Positions 1 to 39,900 of a stretch of DNA of 64,000 nt are shown here, piece after piece. The position numbers were made by a program, and so were the translations under genes. Position 1 is the first letter of the stretch. Every line of letters begins with the position of its first letter. The stretch comes from Octopus sinensis (lineage: Eukaryota). A model generated the notes under the pieces. The model did not search any database, had not been told where the DNA came from, and saw nothing but the letters and a program-made list of their open reading frames with translations. The stretch covers positions 1-64,000 of the forward strand of contig NW_021831854.1 in the NCBI RefSeq assembly GCF_006345805.1, given 5' to 3'.

Positions 1-3000
1 GCAATAGTTGATGCAGTTTGTTTCACCTTTTATTACCTTAGAAAATCATAAATTTGCAATTCATTTTTTCTATTCAATTTGAGACCCTGTGTATGCAATA
101 GTTGACGCAGTTTGTTTCACCTTTTCTTACCTAGAAAATCATAAATTTTGAAATTCATTTTTTTCTATACAATTTGAGAACCTGTGTTATGCAATAGTTG
201 ACGCAGTTTGTTTCACCTTTTCTTACCTTAAAAAATCATAAATTTTGAAATTCATTTTTTCTATTCAATTTGAGAACCTGTGTTATGCAATATTTGACGT
301 AGTTTGTTTCACCTTTTATTACCTTAGAATATCATAAATTTTGAAATTCATTTTTTCTATTCAATTTGAGAACCTGTGTTATGCAATATTTGACGTAGTT
401 TGTCTCACCTTTTATTACCTTAGAAAATCATAAATTTTGAAATTCATTTTTTCTATTCAATTTGAGAACCTGTGTTATGCAATAGTTGACGCAGTTTGTT
501 TCACCTTTTCTTACCTTAAAAAATCATAAATTTTGCAATTCATTTTTTCTATTCAATTTCAGAACCTGTGTTATGCAATAGTTGACGCAGTTTGTTTCAC
601 CTTTTCTTACCTTAAAAAATCATAAATTTTGCAATTCATTTTTTCTATTCAATTGAGAACTCTGGTATGCAATATTGACGTAGTTTGTTTCACCATTTCT
701 TACCTTAGAAAATCATAAATTTTGCAATTCATTTTTTCTATTCAATTTGAGAACCTGTGTTATGCAATAGTTGACGCAGTTTGTTTCACCTTTTCTTACC
801 TTAGAAAATCATAAATTTTGCAATTCATTTTTTCTATTCAATTTCAGAACCTGTGTTATGCAATAGTTGACGCAGTTTGTTTCACCTTTTATTACCTTAG
901 AAAATCATAAATTTTGCAATTCATTTTTTCTATTCAATTTCAGAACCTGTGTTATTCAATAGTTGACGCAGTTTGTTTCAGCTTTTATTACCTTAGAAAA
1001 TCATAAATTTGCAATTCATTTCTCCTATTCAATTTCAGAACCTGTGTTATGCAATAGTTGACGCAGTTTGTTTCACCTTTTATTACCTTAGAAAATCATA
1101 AATTTTGCAATTAATTTTTTCTATTCAATTTCAGAACCTGTGCTATGCAATAGTTGACGCAGTTTGTTTCACCTTTTATTACCTTAGAAAATCGTAAATT
1201 TGCAATTCATTTCTCCTATTCAATTTCAGAACCTGTGTTATGCAATAGTTGACGCAGTTTGTTTCACCTTTTATTACCTTAGAAAATCATAAATTTTGAA
1301 ATTCATTTTTTCTATTCAATTTCAGAACCTATGTTATGCAATAGTTGACGCAGTTTGTTTCACCTTTTATTACCTTAGAAAATCATAAATTTTGGAATTC
1401 ATTTTTTCTATTCAATTTCAGAACCTGTGTTATGCAATAGTTGATGCAGTTTGTTTCACCTTTTATTACCTTAGAAAATCATAAATTTTGCAATTCATTT
1501 TTTCTATTCAATTTGAGAACCTGTGTTATGCAATAGTTGACGCAGTTTGTTTCACCTTTTCTTACCTTAGAAAATCATAAATTTTGAAATTCATTTTTTC
1601 TATACAATTTGAGAACCTGTGTTATGCAATAGTTGACGCAGTTTGTTTCACCTTTTCTTACCTTAAAAAATCATAAATTTTGAAATTCAGTTTTTCTATT
1701 CAATTTGAGAACCTGTGTTATGCAATATTTGACGTAGTTTGTTTCACCTTTTATTACCTTAGAAAATCATAAATTTTGAAATTCATTTTTTCTATTCAAT
1801 TTGAGAACCTGTGTTATGCAATATTTGACGTAGTTTGTTTCACCTTTTCTTACCTTAGAAAATCATAAATTTTGAAATTCATTTTTTCTATTCAATTTGA
1901 GAACCTGTGTTATGCAATAGTTGACGCAGTTTGTTTCACCTTTTCTTACCTTAGAAAATCATAAATTTTGCAATTCATTTTTTCTATTCAATTTGCGAAC
2001 CTGTGTTATGATAAAGTTGACGTAGTTTGTTTCACCTTTTCTTACCTTAGAAAATCATAAATTTTGCAATTCATTTTTTCTATTCAATTTGAGAACCTGT
2101 GTTATGCAATAGTTGACGCAGTTTGTTTCACCTTTTCTTAACTTAAAAATCACAAATTTTGGAATTCATTTTTTCTATTCAATTTGAGAACCTGTGTTAT
2201 GCAATATTTGACTTAGTTTGTTTCACCTTTTATTACCTTAGAAAATCATAAATTATGCAATTCATTTTTTCTATTCAATTTGAGAACCTGTGTTATGATA
2301 AAGTTGACGCAGTTTGTTTCACCTTTTCTTACCTTAAAAAATCATAAATTATGCAATTCATTTTTTCTATTCAATTTGCGAACCTGTGTTATGATAAAGT
2401 TGACGCAGTTTGTTTCACCTTTTCTTACCTTAAAAAATCATAAATTTTGCAATTCATTTTTCTATTCAATTTGAGAACCTGTGTTATGCAATAGTTGACG
2501 CAGTTTGTTTCACCTTTTCTTAACTTAAAAAATCATAAATTTTGGAATTCATATTTTCTATTCAATTTGAGAACCCGTGTTATGCAATAGTTGACGCAGT
2601 TTGTTTCACCTTTTCCTACCTTAAAAAATCATAAATTTTGCAATTCATTTTTTCTATTCAATTTGAGAACCTGTGTTATGCAATAGTTGACGCAGTTTGT
2701 TTCACCTTTTCTTACCTGAAAAAATCATAAATTTTGCAATTCATTTTTTCTATTCAATTTGAGAACCTGTGTTATGCAATAGTTGACGCAGTTTGTTTCA
2801 CTTTTTCCTACCTTAAAAAATCATAAATTTTGCAATTCATTTTTTCTATTCAATTTGAGAACCTGTGTTATGCAATAGTTGACGCAGTTTGTTTCACCTT
2901 TTCTTACCTTAAAAAATCATAATTTTGCAATTCATTTTTTATTCAATTTGAGAACCTGTGTTATGCAATAGTTCACGCAGTTTGTTTCACCTTTTATTAC

Positions 3001-6000
3001 CTTAAAAAATCATAAATTTTGCAATTCATTTTTTCTATTCAATTTAGAACCTGTGTTATGCAATAGTTGACGCAGTTGTTTCACCTTTTCTTACCTTAAA
3101 AAATCATAAATTTTGCAATTCATTTTTCTATTCAATTTGAGAACCTGTGTTATGCAATAGTTGACGCAGTTGTTTCACCTTTTCTTACCTTAAAAAATCA
3201 TACATTTTGAAATTCATTTTTTTTATTCAATTTGAGAACCTGTGTTATGCAATAGTTGACGCAGTTTGTTTCACCTTTTCCTACCTTAAAAAATCATAAA
3301 TTTTGAAATTCATTTTTTCTATTCAATTTGAGAAACTGTGTTATGCAATAGTTGACGCAGTTTGTTTCACCTTTTCTTACCTTATAAAATCATAAATTTT
3401 GAAATCATTTTTCTATTCAATTTGAGAAACTGTGTTATGCAATAGTTGACGCAGTTTGTTTCACCTTTTCTTACCTTATAAAATCATAAATTTTGCAATT
3501 CATTTTTTCTATTCAATTTGAGAACCTGTGTTATGCAATAGTTGACGCAGTTTGTTTCACCTTTTCTTACCTTAGAAAATCATAAATTTTGCAATTCATT
3601 TTTTCTATTCAATTTGAGAACCTGTGTTATGCAATAGTTGACGCAGTTTGTTTCACCTTTTCTTACCTTAAAAAATCATAAATTTTCCAATTCATTTTTT
3701 CTATTCAATTTGAGAACCTGTGTTATGCAATAGTTGACGCAGTTTGTTTCACCTTTTCTTACCTTAAAAAATTATAAATTTTGAAATTCATTTTTTCTAT
3801 TCAATTTGAGAACCTGTGTTATGCAATAGTTGACGCAGTTTGTTTCACCTTTTCCTACCTTAAAAAATCATGAATTTTGGAATTCATTTTTTCTATTCAA
3901 TTTGAGAACCTGTGTTATGCAATAGTTGACGCAGTTTGTTTCACCTTTTCCTACCTTAAAAAATCATAAATTTTGCAATTCATTTTTCTATTCAATTTGA
4001 GAACCTGTGTTATGCAATAGTTGACGCAGTTTGTTTCACCTTTTCTTAACTTAAAAAATCATAAATTTTGGAATTCATTTTTTCTATTCAATTTGAGAAC
4101 CCGTGTTATGCAATAGTTGACGCAGTTTGTTTCACCTTTTCCTACCTTAAAAAATCATAAATTTTGCAATTCATTTTTTCTATTCAATTTGAGAACCTGT
4201 GTTATTCAATAGTTGACGCAGTTTGTTTCACCTTTTCTTACCTTAAAAAATCATAAATTTTGCAATTCATTTTTCTATTCAATTTGAGAACCTGTGTTAT
4301 GCAATAGTTGACGCAGTTTGTTTCACCTTTTCCTACCTTAAAAAATCATAAATTTTGCAATTCATTTTTTCTATTCAATTTGAGAACCTGTGTTATGCAA
4401 TAGTTGACGCAGTTTGTTTCACCTTTTCTTACCTTAAAAAATCATAAATTTTGCAATTCATTTTTTCTATTCAATTTGAGAACCTGTGTTATGCAATAGT
4501 TCACGCAGTTTGTTTCACCTTTTATTACCTTAAAAAATCATAAATTTTGCAATTCATTTTTTCTATTCAATTTGAGTACCTGTGTTATGCAATAGTTGAC
4601 GCAGTTTGTTTCACCTTTTATTACCTTAAAAAATCATAAATTTTGCAATTCATTTTTTCTATTCAATTTGAGAACCTGTGTTATGCAGTAGTTGACGCAC
4701 TTTGTTTCACCTTTTCTTACCTTAAAAAATCATAAATTTTGAAATTCATTTTTTCTATTCAATTTCAGAACCCGTGTTATGCAATAGTTGACGCAGTTTG
4801 TTTCACCTTTTCCTACCTTAAAAAATCATAAATTTTGAAATTCATTTTTTCTATTCAATTTGAGAAATTGTGTTATGCAATAGTTGACGCAGTTTGTTTC
4901 ACCTTTTCTTACCTTATAAAATCATAAATTTTGCAATTCATTTTTTCTATTCAATTTGAGAACCTGTGTTATGCAATAGTTGATGCAGTTTGTTTCACCT
5001 TTTCTTACCTTAAAAAATCATAAATTTTGCAATTCATTTTTTCTATTCAATTTGAGAACCTGTGTTATGCAATAGTTGACGCAGTTTGTTTCACCTTTTC
5101 TTACCTTAAAAAATCATAAATTTTGCAATTCATTTTTTCTATTCAATTGAGAACCTGTGTTATGCAATAGTTGACGCAGTTTGTTTCACCTTTTCTTACC
5201 TTAAAAAATTAAATTTGAAATTCATTTTTTCTATTCAATTTGAGAACCTGTGTTATGCAATAGTTGACGCAGTTTGTTTCACCTTTTCCTACCTTAATAA
5301 ATCATAAATTTTGAAATTCATTTTTTCTATTCAATTTGAGAACCTGTGTTATGCAATAGTTGACGCAGTTTGTTTCACCTTTTTCTTACTTATAAAATCA
5401 TAAATTTTGCATTCATTTTTTCTATTCAATTTGAGAACCTGTGTTATGCAATAGTTGACGCAGTTTGTTTCACCTTTTCTTACCTTAAAAAATCATAAAT
5501 TTTGCAATTCATTTTTTCTATTCAATTTGAGAACCTGTGTTATGCAATAGTTGACGCAGTTTGTTTCACCTTTTCTTACCTTAGAAAATCATAAATTTTG
5601 CAATTCATTTTTTCTATTCAATTTGAGAACCTGTGTTATGCAATAGTTGACGCAGTTTGTTTCACCTTTTCTTACCTTAAAAAATCATAAATTTTGCAAT
5701 TCATTTTTTCTATTCAATTTGAGAACCTGTGTTATGCAATAGTTGACGTAGTTTGTTTCACCTTTTCTTACCTTAAAAAATCATAAATTTTGCAATTCAT
5801 TTTTTCTATTCAATTTGAGAACCTGTGTTATGCAATAGTTGACGCAGTTTGTTTCACCTTTTCTTACCTTAGAAAATCATAAATTTTGCAATTCATTTTT
5901 TCTATTCAATTTGAGAACCTGTGTTATGCAATAGTTGTCGCAGTTGTTTTCACTTTTTTACCTTAAAAAATCATAAATTTTGCAATTCATTTTTTCTATT

Positions 6001-7387
6001 CCATTTGAGAACCTGTGTTATGCAATAGTTGACGCAGTTTGTTTCACCTTTTCTTACCTTAAAAAATCATAAATTTTGCAATTCATTTTTTCTATTCAAT
6101 TTGAGAACCTGTGTTATGCAATAGTTGACGCAGTTTGTTTCACCTTTTATTACCTTAGAAAATTATAAATTTTGCAATTCATTTTTTCTATTCAATTTGA
6201 GAACCTGTGTTATGCAATAGTTGACGCTGTTTGTTTCACCTTTTCTTACCTTATAAAATCATAAATTTTGCAATTCATTTTTTCTATTCAATTTGAGAAC
6301 CTGTGTTATGCAATAGTTGACGCAGTTTGTTTCACCTTTTCTTACCTTAAAAAATCATAAATTTTGAAATTCATTTTTTCTATTCAATTTGAGAACCTGT
6401 GTTATGCAATAGTTGACGCAGTTTGTTTCACCTTTTATTACCTTAGAAAATCATAAATTTTGCAATTCATTTTTTCTATTCAATTTGAGAACCTGTGTTA
6501 TGCAATAGTGACGCAGTTGTTTCACCTTTTCTTACCTTAGAAAATCATAAATTTTGCAATTCATTTTTTCTATTCAATTTGAGAACCTGTGTTATGCAAT
6601 AGTTGACGCAGTTTGTTTCACCTTTTCTTACCTTAAAAAATCATAAATTTTGAAATTCATTTTTTCTATTCAATTTGAGAACCTGTGTTATGCAATAGTT
6701 GACGCAGTTTGTTTCACCTTTTATTACCTTAGAAAATCATAAATTTTGCAATTCATTTTTTCTATTCAATTTGAGAACCTGTGTTATGCAATAGTTGACG
6801 CAGTTTGTTTCACCTTTTCTTACCTTAGAAAATCATAAATTTTGCAATTCATTTTTTCTATTCAATTTGAGAACCTGTGTTATGCAATAGTTGACGCAGT
6901 TTGTTTCACCTTTTCTTACCTTAGAAAATCATAAATTTTGAAATTCATTTTCTTTATTCAATTTGAGAACCTGTGTTATGCAATAGTTGACGTAGTTTGT
7001 TTCACCTTTTCTTACCTTAAAAAATCATGAATTTTGCAATTTATTTTTTCTATTCAATTTGAGAACCTGTGTTATGCAATAGTTGACGTAGTTTGTTTCA
7101 CCTTTTCTTACCTTAGAAAATCATAAATTTTGAAATTCATTTTTTCTATTCAATTTGAGAACCTGTGTTATGCAATAGTTGACGCATTTTGTTTCACCTT
7201 TTCTTACCTTAAAAAATCATGAATTTTGGAATTCATTTTTTCTATTCAATTTCAGAACCTGTGTTATGCAATAGTTGACGTAGTTTGTTTCACCTTTTCT
7301 TACCTTAAAAAATCATAAATTTTGCAATTCATTTTTTCTATTCAATTTGAGAACCTGTGTTATACAATAGTTTGACGCAGTTTGTTT
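1..7387. repeat. 96-bp tandem satellite, about 77 copies, open at the left window edge
   Basis: Consensus gcaatagttgacgcagtttgtttcaccttttcttaccttagaaaatcataaattttgcaattcattttttctattcaatttgagaacctgtgttat (96 nt). Unit starts at 95, 191, 287, 383. Ends abruptly at ...gacgcagtttgttt|gaacaaccaatc. Confidence 0.98.
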
Positions 7388-7601
7388 GAACAACCAATCA
7401 GATTTCGATAGATCCTCGATCCTGACTAATCATCATAATCATCGTCGTTATTATTATCATTGTTATTATTATTATCATTGTTATTATTATTAACATTGTT
7501 ATTATTACATGAAATACCACAATAAAATTTGCTTTCTATGGCTCTTAGTTACCTCAGGAGATCATATTCTTTTACTTTGTATTTCTCATAAAAGCTTTCG
7601 T

Positions 7602-7610
7602 TATATAAAG
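7602..7610 (+). promoter_or_regulatory. Candidate TATA box of the secreted-protein gene
   Basis: TATATAAAG about 100 nt upstream of the ATG at 7710; position is plausible, no expression evidence. Confidence 0.35.
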
Positions 7611-7709
7611 GTGTGAGACTCGGGGAAGATTGTCAAACGATCATCTTTGGATCGCGAGCTACTGTCTGAATTTTATCGTTTACGAAGAGACGAAAAAGCG
7701 TTTCCAGCC

Positions 7710-23862
<16,153 letters not shown>

Positions 23863-24049
23863 TGAAAACTGGAATGCATCAAATGGTTTTTAATGGAAAT
23901 TTAATTTGATTTTAATGATTTTAATGTGATTTTAATGTGATTTTAATGACTAATCGATTTGCTTCACCCTCTTCTCGTTTTTGTATTGCCATTTCTGTAA
24001 TCCGAAGACTTGCACGAATTTGTGTAGTTAGATGACTGAAGTAACACAG

Positions 24050-24351
24050 ACACACAGACACACACACATAGATATACACACACACACACACACACAGAGA
24101 CGTATTTAAGCAAACACACACGCACAAACACACACACACAGACACAGACTTATTCAAGCACACACACACACACAAACACACACACATACACACACACAGA
24201 CAGACACACACACACACACACTGATGTCCGTATTCAAGCACACACTCACATACACGCAAATACATCCATGTACATATGCACGCACACATATACATACGCA
24301 CATGCACATACACTTACATATATATATATATATATAAATAAATATATATGC

Positions 24352-24382
<31 letters not shown>

Positions 24383-24415
24383 CATACATACATACATGCA
24401 TACATACATATATAC

Positions 24416-24475
<60 letters not shown>

Positions 24476-24481
24476 TATAAC

Positions 24482-24530
<49 letters not shown>
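24050..24530. repeat. (CA)n/(TACA)n/(TA)n microsatellites downstream of the stop codon
   Basis: Direct inspection. Confidence 0.9.
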
Positions 24531-24533
<3 letters not shown>

Positions 24534-25601
24534 TAACAGATTAGTGATTCCCCCCGCTTCCATTTTTTCTAATATATATTATTAACTCCTAATATATACA
24601 CTTAATTAATAAGAGTTTTGTCCTCGGTTATTAAATATTATGCCTATTCATAATATATATACTAAATAAATCATAGGTTTTTTTTCTCCAAACTTAGTAA
24701 ATATTAGATATAACATTCTCTTTTAATCCAACTTATCAAAATAATCACACATTAATGGCCAAGTATGATGGCATATATTAATGCGGATGCATATATGTAT
24801 ATGTTTGTATAAGTGTAAAAGAATCTCTGTATTTTCTATAACTGTGTAGTATACAGATGGCTATTGTGACCATTTAGTATTGTCCTATGTAAAGTATAGA
24901 GGCCATCAACGGACAAATATTCCGAAACTAGTCCGAGCGTATCACTCAGGCTTTCGAGGAAGGGATGGCCTCCCTTTGCAAATACTTCAATGGCACTGAA
25001 ATGGTTTCTAAAGCCAGCTAGAGACGACGATCTCTTGGGGCTATAAAGCTACAGTAACACCCGTCCCCTATGTGGTTAGCTATGATAAGATGGCTTCTAT
25101 ACTTTACATTATCGAGCGATTACTGTTTCAATCTCATTCTGAGATTGAATTATGCTGAGTATTGTCCTAGTTTTCTTGATACAAAATCTGTTTGCCAAAT
25201 AGTAGTAAACAACCTCTAAGACAATATTAGTCTATAACCCCCTACCTCTTTAACTTCCTTTATTTCACCCCTTCCTATATCTATAAATAGAAAATCTCTT
25301 TTGTCTTCATTCAACCGAATATCCCCCCTCCCTCACTAGCAGATCAATATAACTAAAGGAAGTCTTCAGTCAGAAGATAAATTCTAACACCTTAATGTTC
25401 TTAACATTCAAATCAACGTCTCTGTCTGTATATCTACCCTCCTTATAATGTTATCAATTAACATGGAAATAAGTATATGTATTGATGAAAAACCTCTATG
25501 AATGGCTGATGATTGCTCAACATTTTAAATCTGATGTAATGTTTACAATGTTTAATAAAATAATCGTAGCAAATTACAAAAGATATTCTTGTTGCTTACT
25601 T

Positions 25602-25714
<113 letters not shown>

Positions 25715-25986
25715 ATATGTATATATATATATATACATATATATGTATTGAATAATAAGATATATAGTATGCTATTAAGGTTAACATTTGTTAATGAATA
25801 AATAATTCAACATTCTAACATCCGAAAGTTGATGAACAACTAAATTCTTTCTCTCATTTTCTTATTTTGTATTATATACATTTATATATACCCATATATG
25901 CATGTATATATACATATATAGGTAGGTATGTACAAATATGTATGTATATATGAATATATTTTATATATTATTTATATTTTATATAT

Positions 25987-26030
<44 letters not shown>

Positions 26031-26281
26031 ATAGGAATAAAAATGTATATATAAAGAACGTGAAATACACGAAGGGACGAACACGGAAACAGACAAGTAT
26101 TTCGAAGCCTTCAATCTTCAGTCAGAAACCGAATCATCATGGCAAATTTCGGCTTTTAATTCTGATATTTGCTCCAACTCGGCCAGCCCCAAGGAAAAAA
26201 CTAAGCTGTGGGCATTAGATTTCTTGGTCGAAGGAAAAATGTAAACGCAACAGACACGAATATATATATATATATATAATA

Positions 26282-26326
<45 letters not shown>

Positions 26327-26329
<3 letters not shown>

Positions 26330-26683
26330 TTAGCCGCCAGGATAACTGCTCACAGCTATGGTTACCCACCAGTGTAAAATTACACAGCGGACCTTGAAGC
26401 AATCCAGAGAAGATTCCACAAAGAAGATCATCTCTTTGCAACAGCTCAGCTATTGGGAAAGGTTGAAACAGCTAAGACTCTACTCCCTGGAGAGAAGACG
26501 GGAGAGGTATACAGTAATATATGTGTGGAAGATCCTGGAAGGAATTGTGCCAAATTTTGGCATTGTAAGCTACACGAATGCTAGAACGGGACGACACTGC
26601 ATAGTGCCAAAGATCCCAGCAATGCCATCACGCTTCAGGACTAGCTTCCGCAACAGCCCGGGTTTCAAGGGCCCACAGCTTTT
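26327..26683 (+). mobile_element. CR1-type LINE internal/3' fragment (family 1)
   Basis: SLQQLSYWERLKQLRLYSLERRRERYTVIYVWKILEGIVPNFGIVSYTNARTG, nearly identical to the end of ORF 61087-62157; cut off by an inverted family E copy. Confidence 0.9.
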
Positions 26684-27350
26684 ACTGGGGTAAAATATAC
26701 GAAGCCCAATGTACCCATCGTGATAAGGGTACACCAGGCACATACATCACAACCATATGTGTGCGACACGGTGATCTCATATCAAGATAAACAACAGGTG
26801 GGGCCCAGTTAGAATTTTCTCCTGGTGGAGTAACCCATCCTGCTCAAAAGGTCCCTGAGTAAGGATTGTTTAAGGAAGTTGAAGAAAACACCCATATTTC
26901 CAGAGGTGAATTATTCAAACCCCAAAGTATCCCTCTCAACACATGGCTATGATGCTCCCCCACTACTTCTGCTCGTGATCAGAGATGCACATATCATCAG
27001 CCACTAAGGGTCCTGGTCAACTGGTTAAGGTCAAACAACTGACAAGCAAATCTGTGGTATTGAGCAGAATATTTGCTGTAGCCCATCTTTTATACCAAGA
27101 CAAAACAATGTACATGATAACACTTCCAATCAGTTGAGATCAGAAGGCATAAGAGCCACTGCCTGGTAATGCATCAGGGCATTTATACTGCATCAGGGCA
27201 TTGGTACTGCATCAGGGCATTTATACTAGACACGTGGACTATTATAAACTACATCCCCAGACGACCCATTCACCACCCTAAAAATTACCATTCCTATGTC
27301 CGCGACGGATAATGAAAATAACACCAGGTTAACCCAAGATAACCATAACC
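26684..27350 (-). repeat. Inverted duplicate of 21966-22675 (Penelope scrap + family E)
   Basis: Shares the Penelope/E junction and the amplified aatgccctgatgcagt motif (x3 here). Confidence 0.85.
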
Positions 27351-27372
27351 TCATGAGAGCCATGAATGAGGG

Positions 27373-27637
27373 CCCAAAGAATCCCTCTCAACACATGGCT
27401 ATGATGCTCCCCCACTACTTCTGCTCGTGATCAGAGATGCACATATCGTCAGCTACCAAGGGAGATGCTCAACTGGTTAAGGTCAAACAACTGAGAAGCA
27501 AATCTGTGGTATTGAGCAGAATATTTACTGTAGCCCATCTTTTATACCAAGACAAAACAACGTACATGATAACAATTCCAATCAGTTAAGATCAGAAGTC
27601 ATGAGAGCCACTGCCTGGTACTGCATCAGGGCATTTA
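27373..27637 (-). mobile_element. Repeat family E, partial
   Basis: Reverse complement of about 15182-15450. Confidence 0.85.
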
Positions 27638-27639
27638 TT

Positions 27640-36746
<9,107 letters not shown>

Positions 36747-36747
36747 A

Positions 36748-36810
<63 letters not shown>

Positions 36811-36970
36811 TCAGCAGTTTTATTTTTATAGCCATCGTTTTATCATGGTTCGTTGCTGTTCTATTTTTAGTTTGGATTTCATTTGTTTTATAGTTTTTTA
36901 GTTTGGATTTTATTTATTATTATTATTATTATTATAATTATTATTATTATTATCATTATTATTATTACTA

Positions 36971-39900
36971 TTCAGTAGTTTTATTTTTATAGCGTGCTTT
37001 CACTTCACTACCGAGCGCAGCTCTGTGTGCCTTGGGTATGTGCTGTGATTTGTTGTGATGCTCTGATGGTTATTGTATTGAAAGTATTCTGCGTCGGATG
37101 TGTGCAGTGCCTATTAGTGCAATTTTCTGTATGTTATATGTGTTTGTAAGTCCTGGTGTTTTTGTTATGTATTTGTCTGAATATTTTTTTATCATGCCTA
37201 ATGCACCTACTATGATAGGAATTGTTTCTGTTTTCAGGTTCCACATTCTAGTTACCTCTATTTCCAGGTCTTTGTATTTTGAGAGTTTTCCATTTCTTTT
37301 AGAGACACGTTTTCATCTGCCGGTATTGATACATCAATTAGAAAGTATTTTTTTCTTCATGATCTCTGACATCTATATCTGGTCTGTTGGCCTTAATTCT
37401 CTATCTGTGTGTATCGGCATATCCCAGAGTATGGTGCTTTCTCGTTTTCTGTGACCTTTTCTGGTGTGTGCCTATACATCTTTTTTGTTTGTTATTCATA
37501 ATGTTGGCATAGCTTCCAATGTATGTAGGTCCAACTCTGTCATGTCTGTGAATATATTCCTTCTTAGCCAGGACTGGGCAGCTAGAGATAATATATGATT
37601 TATTGTTTCTTGTCCATCTCCACATATTCTGCAGTTACTTGTAATATTCTTTTCATTACATGTTTTTGGTAATTCTGGTGCGGAGGCTTTGGTCTTGTGC
37701 TGCAATTAAAAATCCCTCTGTTTCTGCTTTGAGTCATGAGCTTCTCAACCATTGCTGGGATTTTTTCTTTCTATTTCTTTTGCGTTTAGTTTAGTGCAGT
37801 ATTTACCATGAAGGGGCTTTCTTGCCATCGTTTTATCATGGCTCGTTGCTGTTCTATTTTTGTTTGGATTTCATTTGTTTTATAGCTTTTGTTGTTTCTT
37901 CATCATCTTCTTCTTCTTTGTGTTTATTAGGTGGTATGATTATCTTGTTTATTTGTCAGCTTCCTTAAATACTGAGAACAGTTTTTTGTTTTGCTCGTGT
38001 TTTGCTGCTATCTGGATCAGTTTTCCTTCCTTCTGAAGTAGGTATTTTTGCAGTCCTATGGTGGTTATTTATAGTAGTTTTCCAGCTGTATAAGGCCTCT
38101 ACCACCTTCTATACGTTGTATATATAGTCTTTCTATGTCAGATTTTGGGTAATGCATCCTAGATCCTGTCAGTATTTTTCTTGTTTTCCTATCTATTTTG
38201 GACAGTTCATTTCGTGTCCAGTTAAGGATATTGTAGCTGTAACTTACTAACTGGGACAGCTAAAGTGTGATACCTATTATCTTGTTTTTAGCATTGAGCT
38301 CTGTGTTTAGTATGATCTAACTCGTCTATAATATTCTTTTTTTATTTTCTCTTTCATTTGTGTGTGTTGTGTCTTATCTAGTTCATGATTCCTAAGTATT
38401 TGTAAGTTTGGCTTTGGTCTAATTCTTATTTCATTGGTTTTATCTAGTGTGATGTTGTTACTCTTAACTAGTTTTCCTCTTTTCATGGTTACTTTGGCGC
38501 ATTTTTCTAATCCAAATTTCATATCTATTTTTTGGTAAATCCATGAACTGTCTTTAATAGTGTTTCCAGCTGTTTGTCATTTGCAGCGTATAGTTTTAGG
38601 TCATCCATATATAAAAGGTGGCTGATCGTTTTGCCGTAACATTATATCCGCATCCAGTTTCTTTAGCATATCAGATAGAGGTGACAGTGTCCAAGCAGAA
38701 AAGGAGTGGAGAGAGCGTGTCTCCCTGGAATATTCCTCTTCTAATGGGGATGTCTTTGGTTTTCATGAGTCCCTCTTTTGTTTGGAGGTGTAGGACTGTT
38801 GCCATTTATTCATAGAGTGCTCTATGAATTTTATGATTGTTGGTGCTACTTTGTTAATGGCTAGTGTTTCGAGGATCCATGTGTGGGGGATGCTATCAAA
38901 CGCCTTTTTGTAGTCAATCCAGGCCATACTGAGGCTTTCTTCTTTCTGTGGCTGTCTTCAGTTACGGCTTTATTAATCATTAGTTTATCTTTACAGCCAT
39001 ATGAGTCCTTGCGGCATCTTTTCTGCTCTTCTGGGAACAGTTTGTTTTCGTCCAGGTGCTTGTTCAGCCTTTGCGATATCACTGCAGTAAATGCCTTGAA
39101 CATAGTAGGGAGGCAGGTTATTGGTCTGTAGTTTTCTGGTTTTGTTGTTTCATTTGATTTGGGAATTAAGATGGTTTTCCCCTTCGTGAGCCATTCAGGC
39201 ATTGTCTCTGGCTCTGCTAGTATGCTGTTAAAGTTTTCAGCCAGCTTTTTGTACATTCCTGTTAGATATTTCAACCAAAAGTTGGGGATCTTGTCATGTC
39301 CAGGTGCCTTCCAGTTGCTTAGTTTTTGCAGTGCCTGGGTGACCTCTTCAGTTGTTATGGGGCTCCAAAGTTGTTCAGATGCCGAGTTTGTTATTTTGAT
39401 ACTCCTTCTTTTTGGCTGTTCGTTCGCCGACCATATTTCTCTCCAGAATTCTTCCAATTCTTCTGCCGTTGGTGCTGCAGTGACTTCTATTTTATTTTTG
39501 CCCAGTTCTGGTAGAACTTTTTGGGGTCGGAGTTGAACTTTTTTTCTGTTCAAAGAAGCGTTGGCGTTCTCGTACCGGCGGATCCTTTGAGCTTTGGCAA
39601 GGATATCTTGCTTCAGCTTTTTTTTATCTCCGGCAAATCTTTTTCTGTGATGTTATATTTGCGGAGCATTTTTGTTCTCTTTTTGTTGCTCAGTAGCGTT
39701 GCTTGTTTGCTGATTTCATTAAGAATCGACAGGTCTTTTCAAATTTTTTTATTTTGTTTTGGATGTTATTTATCCACAGGGTTTGTTGGGTGGTGGTACT
39801 CCTGTTTGGGCGGGTTTGGGTGAGTATCCAGCTTCTTTTGTGGCTGCAGTGGCTGCTGCGTATATCAAGTCATTTAGTTCAGTCATATCACTTTTTTTTG

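Noticed and set aside
2280-2474. Satellite as a 32-aa repeat protein (96 = 32 codons; ORF MRTCVMIKLTQF...)
   Set aside because: The frame has a TAG in nearly every unit and is open only where a rare gataaag variant occurs; frequent indels break phase.
1-7387. Minus-strand tandem micro-exons (each unit has AAG|GTAAG and a CAG)
   Set aside because: The 51-nt putative exon has stops in all three frames and the acceptor lacks a pyrimidine tract.
1-7387. CRISPR array
   Set aside because: No unique spacers, no cas genes, eukaryotic context.
26095-26135. Hammerhead on the minus strand (ctgaagatt...cttcgaaa); also 55264-55300 in IR4
   Set aside because: Stems II and III do not close convincingly; at best decayed.
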